Below, piece by piece: positions 41,427-51,673 of a stretch of 64,000 bases of DNA. This stretch comes from an uncultured delta proteobacterium (GTDB lineage: Bacteria; Myxococcota_A; Polyangia; Palsa-1104), in contig CAWAWS010000002.1 of assembly GCA_963785725.1 (NCBI GenBank), positions 128,001-192,000 of the forward strand, written 5' to 3'. The notes beneath the pieces were generated by a model that was not told the DNA's origin, did not search any database, and saw only the letters and a list, made by a program, of their open reading frames with translations. Every line of letters starts with the position of its first letter. Within the stretch, counting starts at the first letter, position 1. A program made the position numbers and the translations under genes.

Positions 41427-41958
41427 TCCGCGCCAATTCGTCCTTGCCGGATTCGTCGAGCCGGACAACCTCTTGGTCGCCGCCAAGCGCATGCGCGAGA
41501 CGGCCAAAGGCGAAGTCGAGACCTACACGCCGTATCCGGTTCACGGCGTCGACGAGGCGCTCGGGCTGAAGAAGTCGATCATCCCGAAGATCGTCGGCAC
41601 CGGCGGCCTGTGCGGCGTCATCGGCGGCTACTCGCTGCTCTACTGGTGCTCGGCGATCGCCTACCCGATCAACGTCGGCGGTCGTCCGCTGCATTCGGCG
41701 CCGGCCTTCATCCCGATCACGTTCGAGTGCGGCATTCTGCTCTCGGTCTTGGCGGCGTTCTTCGGCGTCCTGACGTACATGGGCTATCCCAAGCTCTACC
41801 ACCCGGTCTTCGAGTCGGCGGGCTTCCGTCGCGCTTCGATCGACCGCTTCTGGCTCTCGGTGCAGCTCGTCGGCGGCGATGATCGCAACGCCATCGAGAA
41901 CGAGCTCAAGTCGCTCGGCGCCGAAGAGACCGACTTCGTCACGGAGCAGCTCCAGTGA
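41419..41958 (+). CDS. actD: Alternative complex III ActD (DUF3341)
   Basis: YTPYPVHG, YPINVGGRP, PAFIPITFE. Confidence 0.9.
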   Translation: MADPRQFVLAGFVEPDNLLVAAKRMRETAKGEVETYTPYPVHGVDEALGLKKSIIPKIVGTGGLCGVIGGYSLLYWCSAIAYPINVGGRPLHSAPAFIPITFECGILLSVLAAFFGVLTYMGYPKLYHPVFESAGFRRASIDRFWLSVQLVGGDDRNAIENELKSLGAEETDFVTEQLQ

Positions 41959-42557
41959 AGGTTGCCGGATATCTGCACGTCGGCACGATAGCGCTCGGCC
42001 TCGGTCTCGGCGGCTTCGGCTGCCACGAGAGCGACGTCGACCCGATGATGCGCCAAGAGAAGTACAAGCCCTACTGGTCGACGGAGTTCTACGCCGACGG
42101 TCGCGCGATGCGGCTGCCGCCCGAGCACACCGTGCCGGTCGAGCGCACCATCGACACGTCGGCGTCGCCGCCGGTGACGCAGGCGCTGCTCGAGCGCGGC
42201 CACGAGCGCTACGACATCCACTGCGCCGTTTGCCACGGCTACGCCGGCGACAGCGACAGCGTCGTCGCCAGCAAGATGTCGCTGCGCGCGCCGCCGACGT
42301 TCCACTCGGACAAGCTGCGCGCTTACACGCCGGCGCAGATCTTCGACGTCGCGACGCTCGGCTACGGCTACATGCCCACCTACGCTGCCGAAATCTCGGT
42401 CGCCGATCGTTGGGCGATCAGCCACTACGTCAAGGCGCTGCAGCTCAGCCAGCGCGCCACCGTCGACGACGTGCCGGCGGCCGAGCGCAGCTCGCTCGAC
42501 CATCCGGCGACGGCGCCGGCGGAATCAGAGCATTCGAATTCGGAGACGAAAGAATGA
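41955..42557 (+). CDS. actE: Alternative complex III ActE monoheme cytochrome c lipoprotein
   Basis: Lipobox FGC, CAVCH, GYGYMP, DRWAI..YVKALQ. Confidence 0.9.
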   Translation: MKVAGYLHVGTIALGLGLGGFGCHESDVDPMMRQEKYKPYWSTEFYADGRAMRLPPEHTVPVERTIDTSASPPVTQALLERGHERYDIHCAVCHGYAGDSDSVVASKMSLRAPPTFHSDKLRAYTPAQIFDVATLGYGYMPTYAAEISVADRWAISHYVKALQLSQRATVDDVPAAERSSLDHPATAPAESEHSNSETKE

Positions 42558-43747
42558 GCGCCTCTCACGACGCGCCCGCCCTGTCGCGCGAGCCGTTTAC
42601 GGCCGGTGGCCAGGTCATGACGATCGCCGCCGCCATCGGCGTCCTCGGCATCCTCGGCTGGGCGGCCATGTTGTTCACCGGCGGCACCGAGCGCGCGATG
42701 TACTCGTGGCTGTGGGCCTTCATGTACTGGCTGACGCCGGCGCTGGGCGCGCTCGGCTGGCTGTGCGCGTTCAACGCGGCCAAGGCCAAGTGGATCATCC
42801 TGCCGCGCCGCGCGCTCGAGTCGATCGCCAACGTCGCGCCGATCTTCATCCTGCTCTTCATCCCGCTCGTGCTCACGATGAAGACGCTCTACCCGTGGAT
42901 GAACCCGGAAGCGGCCGACGAAGAGACGCGCCGCCTCTATGAACACCGCGAAGTGTGGCTGAACCACACGTTCTTCCTCGTTCGCGCGGTCATCTACTTC
43001 GCGGTCTTCGTCGGCGTCGGTCACTTCATCCACAAGTGGTCGGTGGAGCAGGACGGCGGCGGCAAGCCGATGAACACGGCGCGCGCCTGGCGCCTCGGCC
43101 CCGGCGCGATGCCGCTGCTCGGCTTCGCCATCAGCTTCGCCGCGTTCGATTGGATGATGTCGACGAGCCCGAGCTTCTACTCGTCGATGTTCGGTCTCTA
43201 CATCGTCGGCGGCAGCGCGATGGCCGCGATGTGCGTGTGGATCCTCGTCAACGTCTGGGCGAAGACGCCGATCAACGGCAACCACCTGCACTCGATGGGC
43301 AAGCTGATGTTCGCCTTCATGTGCTTCTGGGCCTACACCGGCTTCTCGCAGTTCATGCTCATCTGGATCGCCGACATCCCGGACGAGACGCCCTACTTTC
43401 ACCAGCGCATCTGGACCGACTGGAAGTATCTCAGCTACTTCCTGGTCGCGTTCCACTTCGTGATTCCGTTCATCATCCTGCTGTCGAAGCGCCTGAAGTT
43501 CTCCAAGGGTCGCCTGTCGTTCATGGCGATCTGGCTCTTGATCACGCACGCCGTCGACCTCTACTGGATCGTGTTGCCGCAGTTCTCGGGCAACGCCGAC
43601 GGTCCGCACGTCGCCGTCTCGGACATCGCGGCCTTCGTCGGCGTCGGCGGCATCGCCATCGCGACGCTGATCTGGCGCATGCGCGGCAAGAACCTGGTCG
43701 CCATCGGTGACCCCTACCTCGCAGCCTCGATGGAGTATCACCCGTGA
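42554..43747 (+). CDS. actF: Alternative complex III ActF
   Basis: Polytopic; AFDWMMS, FWAYTGFSQFMLIW, PDET. Confidence 0.9.
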   Translation: MSASHDAPALSREPFTAGGQVMTIAAAIGVLGILGWAAMLFTGGTERAMYSWLWAFMYWLTPALGALGWLCAFNAAKAKWIILPRRALESIANVAPIFILLFIPLVLTMKTLYPWMNPEAADEETRRLYEHREVWLNHTFFLVRAVIYFAVFVGVGHFIHKWSVEQDGGGKPMNTARAWRLGPGAMPLLGFAISFAAFDWMMSTSPSFYSSMFGLYIVGGSAMAAMCVWILVNVWAKTPINGNHLHSMGKLMFAFMCFWAYTGFSQFMLIWIADIPDETPYFHQRIWTDWKYLSYFLVAFHFVIPFIILLSKRLKFSKGRLSFMAIWLLITHAVDLYWIVLPQFSGNADGPHVAVSDIAAFVGVGGIAIATLIWRMRGKNLVAIGDPYLAASMEYHP

Positions 43748-44112
43748 GCGGCCATCCGGTTCAAGAGGAAGATCGCATCCCAGTCGGCAAGATCGTGCTC
43801 GTCGCGGTGGTGTCGCTGGCGGTGTTCGCGATCGGCGTCGTCTGGTCGGTCTCGATTCAGCGCAGCGAGAATCAGACGATCGTGCAGTGGCACAAGCCGG
43901 CCGGTCCCGATCAGACGGGCAAGCCGGAGGTCGGCATCGTCTATCAGCTGCCGTTCAACAAGAGCGCTTACGCCGAGGACAAGAAGGCGGAGAAGCAGCT
44001 CTGGCTGAACCACTACGGCTGGACGGACAAGGCCAAGGGCACGGTTCATGTGCCGATCGAGACGGCCATTCAGAAGTACGTTTCGCAAGCGGGCGCTGGA
44101 GCCGGCAAGTGA
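43744..44112 (+). CDS. actG: Single-TM protein, probable ActG
   Basis: Position after actF; LNHYGWTDKAKG.VHVPIETA. Confidence 0.7.
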   Translation: MSGHPVQEEDRIPVGKIVLVAVVSLAVFAIGVVWSVSIQRSENQTIVQWHKPAGPDQTGKPEVGIVYQLPFNKSAYAEDKKAEKQLWLNHYGWTDKAKGTVHVPIETAIQKYVSQAGAGAGK

Positions 44113-44909
44113 AGCGCGTTCTCGTCGCTGCCACGCTGCTCGCCGCTGCGACTCCGGCCTTTTCGCTGGAGCCGTTGCCCGAGAGCGTGAACATCGTCGA
44201 GAAGCTGGGCGATCGCGTGCCCAAAGATCTGGCGTTCACCGACGAGAACGGCCGCAAGGTCACGCTCGGCGACTATCTGCACGACGGGAAGCCGGTGCTG
44301 TTGGCGCCCGTCTATTACAAGTGCCCGCTGTTGTGCTCGCTCACGCTCAACGGGCTCGTCTCGGCGCTGCGCCAGCAGTCGTGGCAGGTCGGCAATCAGT
44401 TCCGCGTCATCGCCGTCAGCTTCGATCCGGCCGAGACGCCCGAGCTCGCGCACCAAAAACAGAAGGGCTACCTGGGCGCGCTCGGCCTGCCCGACGACAA
44501 GTCGGCCGGCTGGCCCTTCCTCACCGGCGACGCCGCCAACATCGCCGCGCTCACCGACGCCGTCGGCTTCAAGTATCGCTGGGACGCGGTCAACAAGACG
44601 TGGGACCACACGGCGGCGCTCATCGCGCTGTCGCCCGACGGTAAGATCAGCCGCTATTTGTACGGCGTCACCTATCCACCGAACGACGTCAAGATGTCGC
44701 TCTTCGAGGCCGCCGGCGGACGCGTCGGTACGGCCTTCGATCGAGTGCTGCTCCGCTGCTATGCCTATGATAATTCCACCAAAAGTTATCGGCTGTTTGC
44801 CGTGCGCTTCATGCGCGCCGGCAGCCTACTCGTGCTGGGGTTGCTCGTGACCTTTCTGACCATATTGTGGCGGCGCGACCTGCGCCGTAGCCGCGCGGAG
44901 GGCGTATGA
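44109..44909 (+). CDS. SCO1/SenC copper chaperone
   Basis: YYKCPLLC (CxxxC), SFDP, DH, SRYLYG. Confidence 0.88.
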   Translation: MKRVLVAATLLAAATPAFSLEPLPESVNIVEKLGDRVPKDLAFTDENGRKVTLGDYLHDGKPVLLAPVYYKCPLLCSLTLNGLVSALRQQSWQVGNQFRVIAVSFDPAETPELAHQKQKGYLGALGLPDDKSAGWPFLTGDAANIAALTDAVGFKYRWDAVNKTWDHTAALIALSPDGKISRYLYGVTYPPNDVKMSLFEAAGGRVGTAFDRVLLRCYAYDNSTKSYRLFAVRFMRAGSLLVLGLLVTFLTILWRRDLRRSRAEGV

Positions 44910-46018
44910 ACGATCTCCTCCGACGAATGCTCTTTTTGCCGGAGCAGGCGTCGACCATATCGACGCACGTCGACTACCTCCACTACTTCGTCATCATCAC
45001 GACGATGGTGGTCTCGACGATGATTGGCCTCGCCGCGCTCGCCTTCTACGTGAAATATCGTTGGAAGGGTCGCATCGGCGCCAAAGGCGAGCCGGTCTAC
45101 ACCAGCTGGAGCTTGGAGGTGGTGATCATCGGCGCACCAGCCTTCTTCTTCTTGCTGTGGTTCGCCATCGGCTATCGCGACTTCGTGCGGATGCAGACGC
45201 CGCCCGCGAACGCCATGGACGTCTACGTGATGGGCAAGCAGTGGATGTGGAAGTTTGCCTATCCCGAAGGTCCGAACGGCGTGAACGTGCTGCGCGTGCC
45301 GGTCAACCGGCCCGTGCGCTTGTTGATGACGTCGCGCGACGTCATCCACTCGTTCTTCGTGCCGTCCTTCCGCATCAAGATGGACGTCTTGCCGGGTCGC
45401 TACACCGAGACCTGGTTCGAGGCCACGATGACCGGCCGCTTCCCCGTCTTCTGCACGGAGATGTGCGGCACCGGTCACTCGACGATGCGCGCCGAAGTCA
45501 TCGTCATGACGCAAGACGAGTTCGACAACTGGATGCGCGAGCAGAAGGACCAGACTCGCCAGCGCCAGAAAGACGGCACCAAGACGCACTACGAAGACAA
45601 GTGGCCGCAGGCGACGATGGCGGAGATCGGCCAGAAGATCTCCGAGTCGGCCGGCTGCTTCAAGTGCCACTCCGTCGACGGCTCGCCGCACATCGGCCCG
45701 ACGTGGCTCGACATGTACCGCCGCATCGAGACGATGCAGGACGGCTCGCTCGTGGTCGCCGACGAGGAGTACATCACCGAGTCGATGATGGAGCCGAAGC
45801 TGAAGCAGGTGCAGGGCTATCAGCTGGTCATGCCCGCTTACAAGGGTCGACTGGAAGGACCGGAGTCGGCGGCCATCGTCGAGTACATCAAGACGTTGCG
45901 CTCGACGAATCCTGATCGGCAGCGCGACAAGGGTCCGCTGTTCGACAGCAAGCCTGGAATCGAAGTGCAGCCTGGCAATGGCTCGATCGAAGTTCGTACT
46001 GGAGGAGCAGCGCAATGA
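44906..46018 (+). CDS. coxB: Cytochrome c oxidase subunit II with fused cytochrome c (caa3 type)
   Basis: DVIHSF, CuA motif CTEMCGTGHSTM, C-terminal CFKCH...MP. Confidence 0.95.
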   Translation: MNDLLRRMLFLPEQASTISTHVDYLHYFVIITTMVVSTMIGLAALAFYVKYRWKGRIGAKGEPVYTSWSLEVVIIGAPAFFFLLWFAIGYRDFVRMQTPPANAMDVYVMGKQWMWKFAYPEGPNGVNVLRVPVNRPVRLLMTSRDVIHSFFVPSFRIKMDVLPGRYTETWFEATMTGRFPVFCTEMCGTGHSTMRAEVIVMTQDEFDNWMREQKDQTRQRQKDGTKTHYEDKWPQATMAEIGQKISESAGCFKCHSVDGSPHIGPTWLDMYRRIETMQDGSLVVADEEYITESMMEPKLKQVQGYQLVMPAYKGRLEGPESAAIVEYIKTLRSTNPDRQRDKGPLFDSKPGIEVQPGNGSIEVRTGGAAQ

Positions 46019-47709
46019 GTAACGTGCCGGCCGCGGCGGCTGCGGAAGCTCCGTCCGAGCCCCTGAACTACCTGAATTGCGAGACCGGGCTCAAGTCCTG
46101 GCTCCTGACGAAAGACCACAAGCGCATTGGCTTGATGTTCTTGGCCAGCGTCTGCGTCGCGCTCTTTCTCGGCGGCATCTTCGCCATGCTCATCCGCGTC
46201 GAGCTGTTGACGCCGGACGAGACGATCATGACGGCGCAGACCTACAACCGCATGTTCACGCTGCACGGCGTGGTCATGATCTTCTTGTTCATGATTCCGG
46301 CGATTCCGTCGGGCTTCGGTAACTTCATCCTGCCGATGATGCTCGGCGCCGAAGACGTCGCCTTTCCGCGGCTGAACCTGGCGTCGTTCTACATCTACCT
46401 CGCCGGCGCGTCGTTCGCGCTGTGGGGCATGATTCACGGCGGCGCCGACACCGGCTGGACGTTCTACACGCCCTACTCCACCACGACGTTCACCAAGGTC
46501 GTGCCGATCCTCTTGGGCGCCTTCATCATCGGCTTCTCGTCGATCGCGACCGGTATCAACTTCATCGTCACCGTCCACACGATGCGCGGCCCGGGCCTGA
46601 CCTGGAACAAGCTGCCGCTCTTCGTCTGGTCGATCTACGCGACGTCGGTCATCCAGGTCCTGGCGACGCCGGTCCTCGGCATCACGGTGCTCTTGACCGC
46701 GATCGAGCACGCCTTCGGGTTCGGCATCTTCGACCCCGCGCACGGCGGCGACCCGGTGCTCTTCCAGCACATGTTCTGGTTCTACTCGCACCCGGCCGTC
46801 TACATCATGGTACTGCCGGCCATGGCCGTCATGTCGGAGGTCGTCCCGACCTTCGCGCGCAAGAACATCTTCGGCTACAAGGCGATCGCGTACTCGTCGG
46901 TCGGCATCGCGCTCGTCGGCTTCTTCGCCTGGGGCCACCACCTGTTCGTCTCGGGCCAGTCGACGTTCAACGCCGGCGTCTTCGGCGTCATCTCGATGCT
47001 CGTCGGCGTCTTCACCGCCATCAAGGTCTTCAACTGGGTCGGCACGCTCTACAAGGGCCGCATCCGCTTCTCGACGCCGTTCGCTTACTTCTGCGGCTTC
47101 ATCTACCTGCTCGTGTTCGGCGGCATGACCGGCGTCGCCTTGGCGACGGTCTCGCTCGACGTGCACTGGACCGACACCTACTTCGTCATCGCGCACTTCC
47201 ACTTCATCATGGTCGGCGCGACGATCATGGCCTTCTTGGCGGCGCTGCACTACTGGTTCCCCAAGATGTTCGGCAAGACCTACTCCGAAGGTTGGGGCCT
47301 GGTCTCGGCGGCGCTCATCATCCTCGGCTTCAACGCGACGTTCATTCCGCAGTTCTTGCTCGGCAACATGGGCATGCCGCGTCGCTACTGGAGCTACCCG
47401 GCGGAATTCCAGGCGCTGAACGTCGCCTCGACGGCGGGCGCGACCCTGCTCGCCTTCGGCTTCGTCATCATTCTCATCTACCTCATCGTCGCGCTCATGC
47501 ACGGCGAGAAGGTCGGCCGCAATCCGTGGGGCTCGCGCGGCTACGAGTGGAACTCGCCGTCGCCGCCGCCCAAGAACAACTTCGACGCGCCGCAGATCTT
47601 CGACCATCCGCCGCACGATTACGACTCGGAAGGTCACGAAGCGGAGAGCCAGACCGAAGTCCACGGTGGAACCGAACACGGTCACAAGGATCAGGACCAA
47701 AATGTCTGA
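46015..47709 (+). CDS. coxA: Cytochrome c oxidase subunit I (A2 type)
   Basis: DHKRIG, TLHG, WFYSHPAVY (YS motif), WGHH, HFH, MPRRY. Confidence 0.97.
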   Translation: MSNVPAAAAAEAPSEPLNYLNCETGLKSWLLTKDHKRIGLMFLASVCVALFLGGIFAMLIRVELLTPDETIMTAQTYNRMFTLHGVVMIFLFMIPAIPSGFGNFILPMMLGAEDVAFPRLNLASFYIYLAGASFALWGMIHGGADTGWTFYTPYSTTTFTKVVPILLGAFIIGFSSIATGINFIVTVHTMRGPGLTWNKLPLFVWSIYATSVIQVLATPVLGITVLLTAIEHAFGFGIFDPAHGGDPVLFQHMFWFYSHPAVYIMVLPAMAVMSEVVPTFARKNIFGYKAIAYSSVGIALVGFFAWGHHLFVSGQSTFNAGVFGVISMLVGVFTAIKVFNWVGTLYKGRIRFSTPFAYFCGFIYLLVFGGMTGVALATVSLDVHWTDTYFVIAHFHFIMVGATIMAFLAALHYWFPKMFGKTYSEGWGLVSAALIILGFNATFIPQFLLGNMGMPRRYWSYPAEFQALNVASTAGATLLAFGFVIILIYLIVALMHGEKVGRNPWGSRGYEWNSPSPPPKNNFDAPQIFDHPPHDYDSEGHEAESQTEVHGGTEHGHKDQDQNV

Positions 47710-48370
47710 GCACGCCGGAGCACACGACGACGGGCACGGCGCGAGCCACCCGCGTCTGCAGCATCACTTTCAGGACATGCGCACGCAGCAGCACGCGGTG
47801 CGCCTCGGGATGTGGCTGTTCTTGGCGACGGAGATCCTGCTCTTCGGCGGGCTCTTCTGCGCTTACTCGGCCTATCGCACGCTCTATCCGCTGGCGTGGC
47901 ACGACTGCTCGGAGCACTTGAACCGGCCGTTCGGCCTGCTCGAGACCTTCGACCTCATCACCTCGTCGTTCACGATGGTGATGGGCATCCACTTCGTGCG
48001 CCTGGGCAAGAAGAACGTCGCCGTCGTCTTCCTGCTCTTGACCCTGTTCATGGGTCTCGGCTTCCTCGGCCTACACAGCTACGAGTACTACCACGAGTGG
48101 TTGGAAGGCGCGCTGCCGGGCAAGTACTACCACTTCGAAGAGGTCAAGGCGACGGGCGCCCCGATGTTCTACGCCGTCTACTTCCTCATGACCGGTCTGC
48201 ACTCGGCGCACGTGATCATCGGCGCCGGTGTCATCGCCACGCTGACTTACTTCACATGGCGCGGCGACTACGACGCGTCCTACGATCACCCGGTCGACCT
48301 CGGCGGCCTCTACTGGCACTTGGTCGATCTCATCTGGATCTTCCTCTTCCCGCTTTTGTACTTGGTCTAA
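47702..48370 (+). CDS. coxC: Cytochrome c oxidase subunit III
   Basis: GMWLFLATE, TGLHSAHV, LYWHLVDLIWIFLFP. Confidence 0.95.
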   Translation: MSEHAGAHDDGHGASHPRLQHHFQDMRTQQHAVRLGMWLFLATEILLFGGLFCAYSAYRTLYPLAWHDCSEHLNRPFGLLETFDLITSSFTMVMGIHFVRLGKKNVAVVFLLLTLFMGLGFLGLHSYEYYHEWLEGALPGKYYHFEEVKATGAPMFYAVYFLMTGLHSAHVIIGAGVIATLTYFTWRGDYDASYDHPVDLGGLYWHLVDLIWIFLFPLLYLV

Positions 48371-48391
48371 GGACTGCCCGAGGAAACGCCG

Positions 48392-48742
48392 ATGGCTCAC
48401 GACACGCACGATAAAGGTCACGCTCACGAACACTCGGCCACGATGTATTACGTCACGGCCGGCGTGCTCTATTGCCTCACGGTTCTGACGTTCTTGCTCG
48501 CCCGGCATCCGATGGGCGAGTGGTCGTTCGCCATCGCCATGGCGATCGCTTGCACCAAGGGCATGTTCGTCATTCTCTTCTTCATGCACCTTTGGGATCA
48601 GACGGGACCGAGCCGCTTGACGATGGGCATCGCGGTGTTCTTCGTCCTCTTGCTCATCACGCTCGTCATCTCCGATATGTCGACGCGTTTCCCGCTGGCG
48701 CTGCCGCCCGGGTCGTTCCGCTCGCTCCCGCCGCTCCACTAA
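48392..48742 (+). CDS. coxD: Cytochrome c oxidase subunit IV
   Basis: 3 TM; K...V.LFFMHL motif. Confidence 0.9.
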   Translation: MAHDTHDKGHAHEHSATMYYVTAGVLYCLTVLTFLLARHPMGEWSFAIAMAIACTKGMFVILFFMHLWDQTGPSRLTMGIAVFFVLLLITLVISDMSTRFPLALPPGSFRSLPPLH

Positions 48743-48816
48743 GCGCCGCTCTTCGGCCGCCTCGGCCACCTTCGTCACCCCGCTCGTTGGCACGCCGACT
48801 GCTCTAGTAGCCCGGC

Positions 48817-49005
48817 ATGTTCGACATCGACGACTCCGAGAACTTCTCTTCCTCTAGCGAAGACGCGGATATGTACGAGTCTTACCAATTCGACCCCGAG
48901 CAGACCTCCGCTGACGAGGAGCTCGACGGCGACCAGCTGGCCATGCGCGACGCGATGCGTGACATCGTGCATGACGAGGGTCGCTTCGAGCTCTTGATGT
49001 TCTAG
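48817..49005 (+). CDS. Small very acidic hypothetical protein (62 aa)
   Basis: ORF fills the gap; strongly D/E-rich. Confidence 0.5.
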   Translation: MFDIDDSENFSSSSEDADMYESYQFDPEQTSADEELDGDQLAMRDAMRDIVHDEGRFELLMF

Positions 49006-49065
49006 TTAGCTAGCGTCCTTTCGCGAGACGGTCGGGTCGTGGTACTCTCAGGCCGGGGGTGCACG

Positions 49066-50616
49066 ATGCGTCTCGCTCTCGCCGGCCTCTTCATCTTTGC
49101 CGCCGCTGGCTGTGCGCACGGGCCGTTCGCCGGTCACTCGCCGGGCGCCTGGCGTGAGCTGACCTCGCGCCACTTCGTCCTGCGCACCGACTTGCCGGTG
49201 GGCGACGCGCGCGCGGCGCTGGCCGACTTCGAGCACACCTACGCCGTCTTGCAGGCGCTGGCGTTCGCGACCGATCCGCCGCGCGACCGCATCGACGTCG
49301 TGCTCTTCGGCGACGATCAGCAGTTCCGCCACGTCGCGCCGACGGGCGCCGAAGGCTACTTCATGCCGCGGCAAGTGGCCGATCCCGACCCGCAGTCGAC
49401 GATCGCCATCCACGGCCGCATCCTCTTCTTCGGCGACTTCGTGGAGACGACGCAGCGACGCTTCCGCCACGAGCTGGCGCATCGCTTCCTCGATCATCAC
49501 GTGCGCTGGTCGCCGCCGTGGCTCGAAGAGGGCCTGGCCGAGTACTACTCGACGCTGAAGATGGAGCGGCGCAACGAAGCGGTCGTCGGCACGCTGCACA
49601 ACGAGAAGATCGTGCGCATCGACATTCGCTCCAGCATCTCGTTGGCGCAAGGGCTCGACGAAGAGCGCGTCGACTTCAAGCAGCTGCCGACGGCGCACGA
49701 GCTCTTGAACGCCGACTACACGACGTTTCATCAGCCGCAGCACGAGGTCGCCTATTACGCCGGCTCGTGGGTGTTCGTGCACATGCTGCTGAACGGGCCG
49801 TACGGCTACGCCGATCGCTTCGTGCGCTTCATGGATCTGCTGTCGGCCGGCGAGCAGCCGCCGCAGGCGTGGCGCCAGGCGTTCGAAGGCGTGTCGCTCG
49901 ACCGGCTGCAGCAGCAGTTCCGCCAGTACCTCCTGCGCGAGCAGATGGATGAGCGCGCGCTGACCATCACGACGCCGCCCGTGACCGAGCCCGACAGCGT
50001 GCGCCAGATGCGTCCCGACGAGCTGCACCTCATGCTGGCGCGCATTCGCCCGTGGGATTCGCGCGAGAGCATCCTGGCCGCGGGCGCCGAGCTGGCGCAG
50101 GCGCGCCACTTGGCGGGCGACACGCCGTCGGCCGAGCTGCGCTTCTGGAGCGCGCTCTACGACGTGCGCTGGCGCCGCTTCGGCGAAGCCGAGCGTGAGG
50201 CGCGCGCGGCGTTGGCGCAGGAGCCGAGCCAGCCGCGCTATTGGCTGCTCTTGTGCGAGCTGTTGTCGCGCCACGATCGGGTGACGCCGAGCCTCCCGGC
50301 GCCGACGATGGTGCCCGATCCGGCGCTGGCGCCGGCGACCGACGCCGAGGAGCTCGACGACGCCGTGGCCCATTTACGGCCGCTGGCGCGCTCGGCGCAG
50401 GCGCTCAACTTCTTGGCGCGCTACTACTCCGATCGCGGCCGCGTCGACGAGGGGCTGCCGTTCGCCCGGCGCGCGGTGGCCACCGAGCACGGCTGCTGGG
50501 AGTGCGCCGACACGCTGGCGCAGCTGCAGCAGCATTCGACGACGCACAGCGGGACGGCGACCTCGCCCGAGACAGCGCCCGACCCGACCACCAAGCACGA
50601 CGTCCTCGACCTGTAA
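49066..50616 (+). CDS. Lipoprotein with gluzincin-like (DUF1570-like) domain and TPR-like C-terminus
   Basis: Lipobox AAGC; HELAH...PWLEEGLAEY; YAGSW. Confidence 0.75.
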   Translation: MRLALAGLFIFAAAGCAHGPFAGHSPGAWRELTSRHFVLRTDLPVGDARAALADFEHTYAVLQALAFATDPPRDRIDVVLFGDDQQFRHVAPTGAEGYFMPRQVADPDPQSTIAIHGRILFFGDFVETTQRRFRHELAHRFLDHHVRWSPPWLEEGLAEYYSTLKMERRNEAVVGTLHNEKIVRIDIRSSISLAQGLDEERVDFKQLPTAHELLNADYTTFHQPQHEVAYYAGSWVFVHMLLNGPYGYADRFVRFMDLLSAGEQPPQAWRQAFEGVSLDRLQQQFRQYLLREQMDERALTITTPPVTEPDSVRQMRPDELHLMLARIRPWDSRESILAAGAELAQARHLAGDTPSAELRFWSALYDVRWRRFGEAEREARAALAQEPSQPRYWLLLCELLSRHDRVTPSLPAPTMVPDPALAPATDAEELDDAVAHLRPLARSAQALNFLARYYSDRGRVDEGLPFARRAVATEHGCWECADTLAQLQQHSTTHSGTATSPETAPDPTTKHDVLDL

Positions 50617-50658
50617 CTCCGCTCGCGACGGCGACTTCGTTGGACTAAGTTCTTGGTC

Positions 50659-51642
50659 ATGCGAGCGATCGTCATCGAGCAGCCGGGCGGCCCCGAAGTG
50701 CTCGTCTTGCGCGACGCGCCGACGCCGGAGCCCGGTCGCGGCGAGGTGCGCGTGCGCGTGCGAGCGACCGCGGTCAACCGCGCCGACCTCCTGCAGCGCA
50801 TGGGGCTCTATCCGGCGCCGCCCGACTCGCCGCAGCAGATTCCCGGGCTCGAATATGCGGGCGAGATCGACGCGCTCGGCCCCGGCGTTCTCGGCTGGAA
50901 CGTCGGCGATCGCGTGTTCGGCCTCGTCGGCGGCGGCGCCTACGCCGAGCAGCTCCTGACGCACGCCGAGACGCTGGCGCGGATTCCGCCCAACCTGTCG
51001 TTCGCCGATGCGGCCGCGATCCCCGAGGCGTTCATCACCGCCTGGGACGCGATGGTCGCGCAGGCCGGCCTCGGCGCGGGCGAGACCGTGCTCGTGCACG
51101 CGGTGGGCTCGGGCGTCGGCACAGCCGCCGTCCAGATCGCCCGCGCGCTGTCGGCTCGCGCGCTCGGCACGGCGCGCACGGCGTCGAAGCTGGCGCGCGC
51201 CGGCAAGCTCGGCATGGATCGCGGCTTCGCCGTCGAGAACGGCAAGTTCGCCGACGACGTCCTGCGCGCCACCGAAGGCCGCGGCGTCGACGTCGTGCTC
51301 GAGCTCGTCGGCGGGCCCTATTTGGCCGAAGATCTATTGTGCGCGGCGTCGCGAGCGCGCCTCGTCCTCGTCGGCATGATGGGCGGCACGCGCGCCGAGC
51401 TCGACCAGACGCTCATCATGCGCAAGCGCCTCACGATCATGGGCACGCAGCTGCGCAATCGACCGCTGGGCGAGAAGATCGCCGTCGGGCAAACGTTCGC
51501 GCGCCACATCGTGCCGCTGGTGGCGTCGGGCGCGCTGCAGCCGATCGTCGAGCGCGTGTTTCCGCTCGCCGAGGCCGCGGCCGCGCACCAGGCGATGGCC
51601 GCCAACGACGGCTTCGGCAAGCTGGTCCTGACCGTCGATTGA
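50659..51642 (+). CDS. NAD(P)H-quinone oxidoreductase (PIG3/MDR family)
   Basis: GGPEVL, AVNRADLLQR, PGLEYAG, VHAVGSGVG. Confidence 0.92.
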   Translation: MRAIVIEQPGGPEVLVLRDAPTPEPGRGEVRVRVRATAVNRADLLQRMGLYPAPPDSPQQIPGLEYAGEIDALGPGVLGWNVGDRVFGLVGGGAYAEQLLTHAETLARIPPNLSFADAAAIPEAFITAWDAMVAQAGLGAGETVLVHAVGSGVGTAAVQIARALSARALGTARTASKLARAGKLGMDRGFAVENGKFADDVLRATEGRGVDVVLELVGGPYLAEDLLCAASRARLVLVGMMGGTRAELDQTLIMRKRLTIMGTQLRNRPLGEKIAVGQTFARHIVPLVASGALQPIVERVFPLAEAAAAHQAMAANDGFGKLVLTVD

Positions 51643-51673
51643 CGCGGCGGCGCCGACGACTTATCGATAGAAC

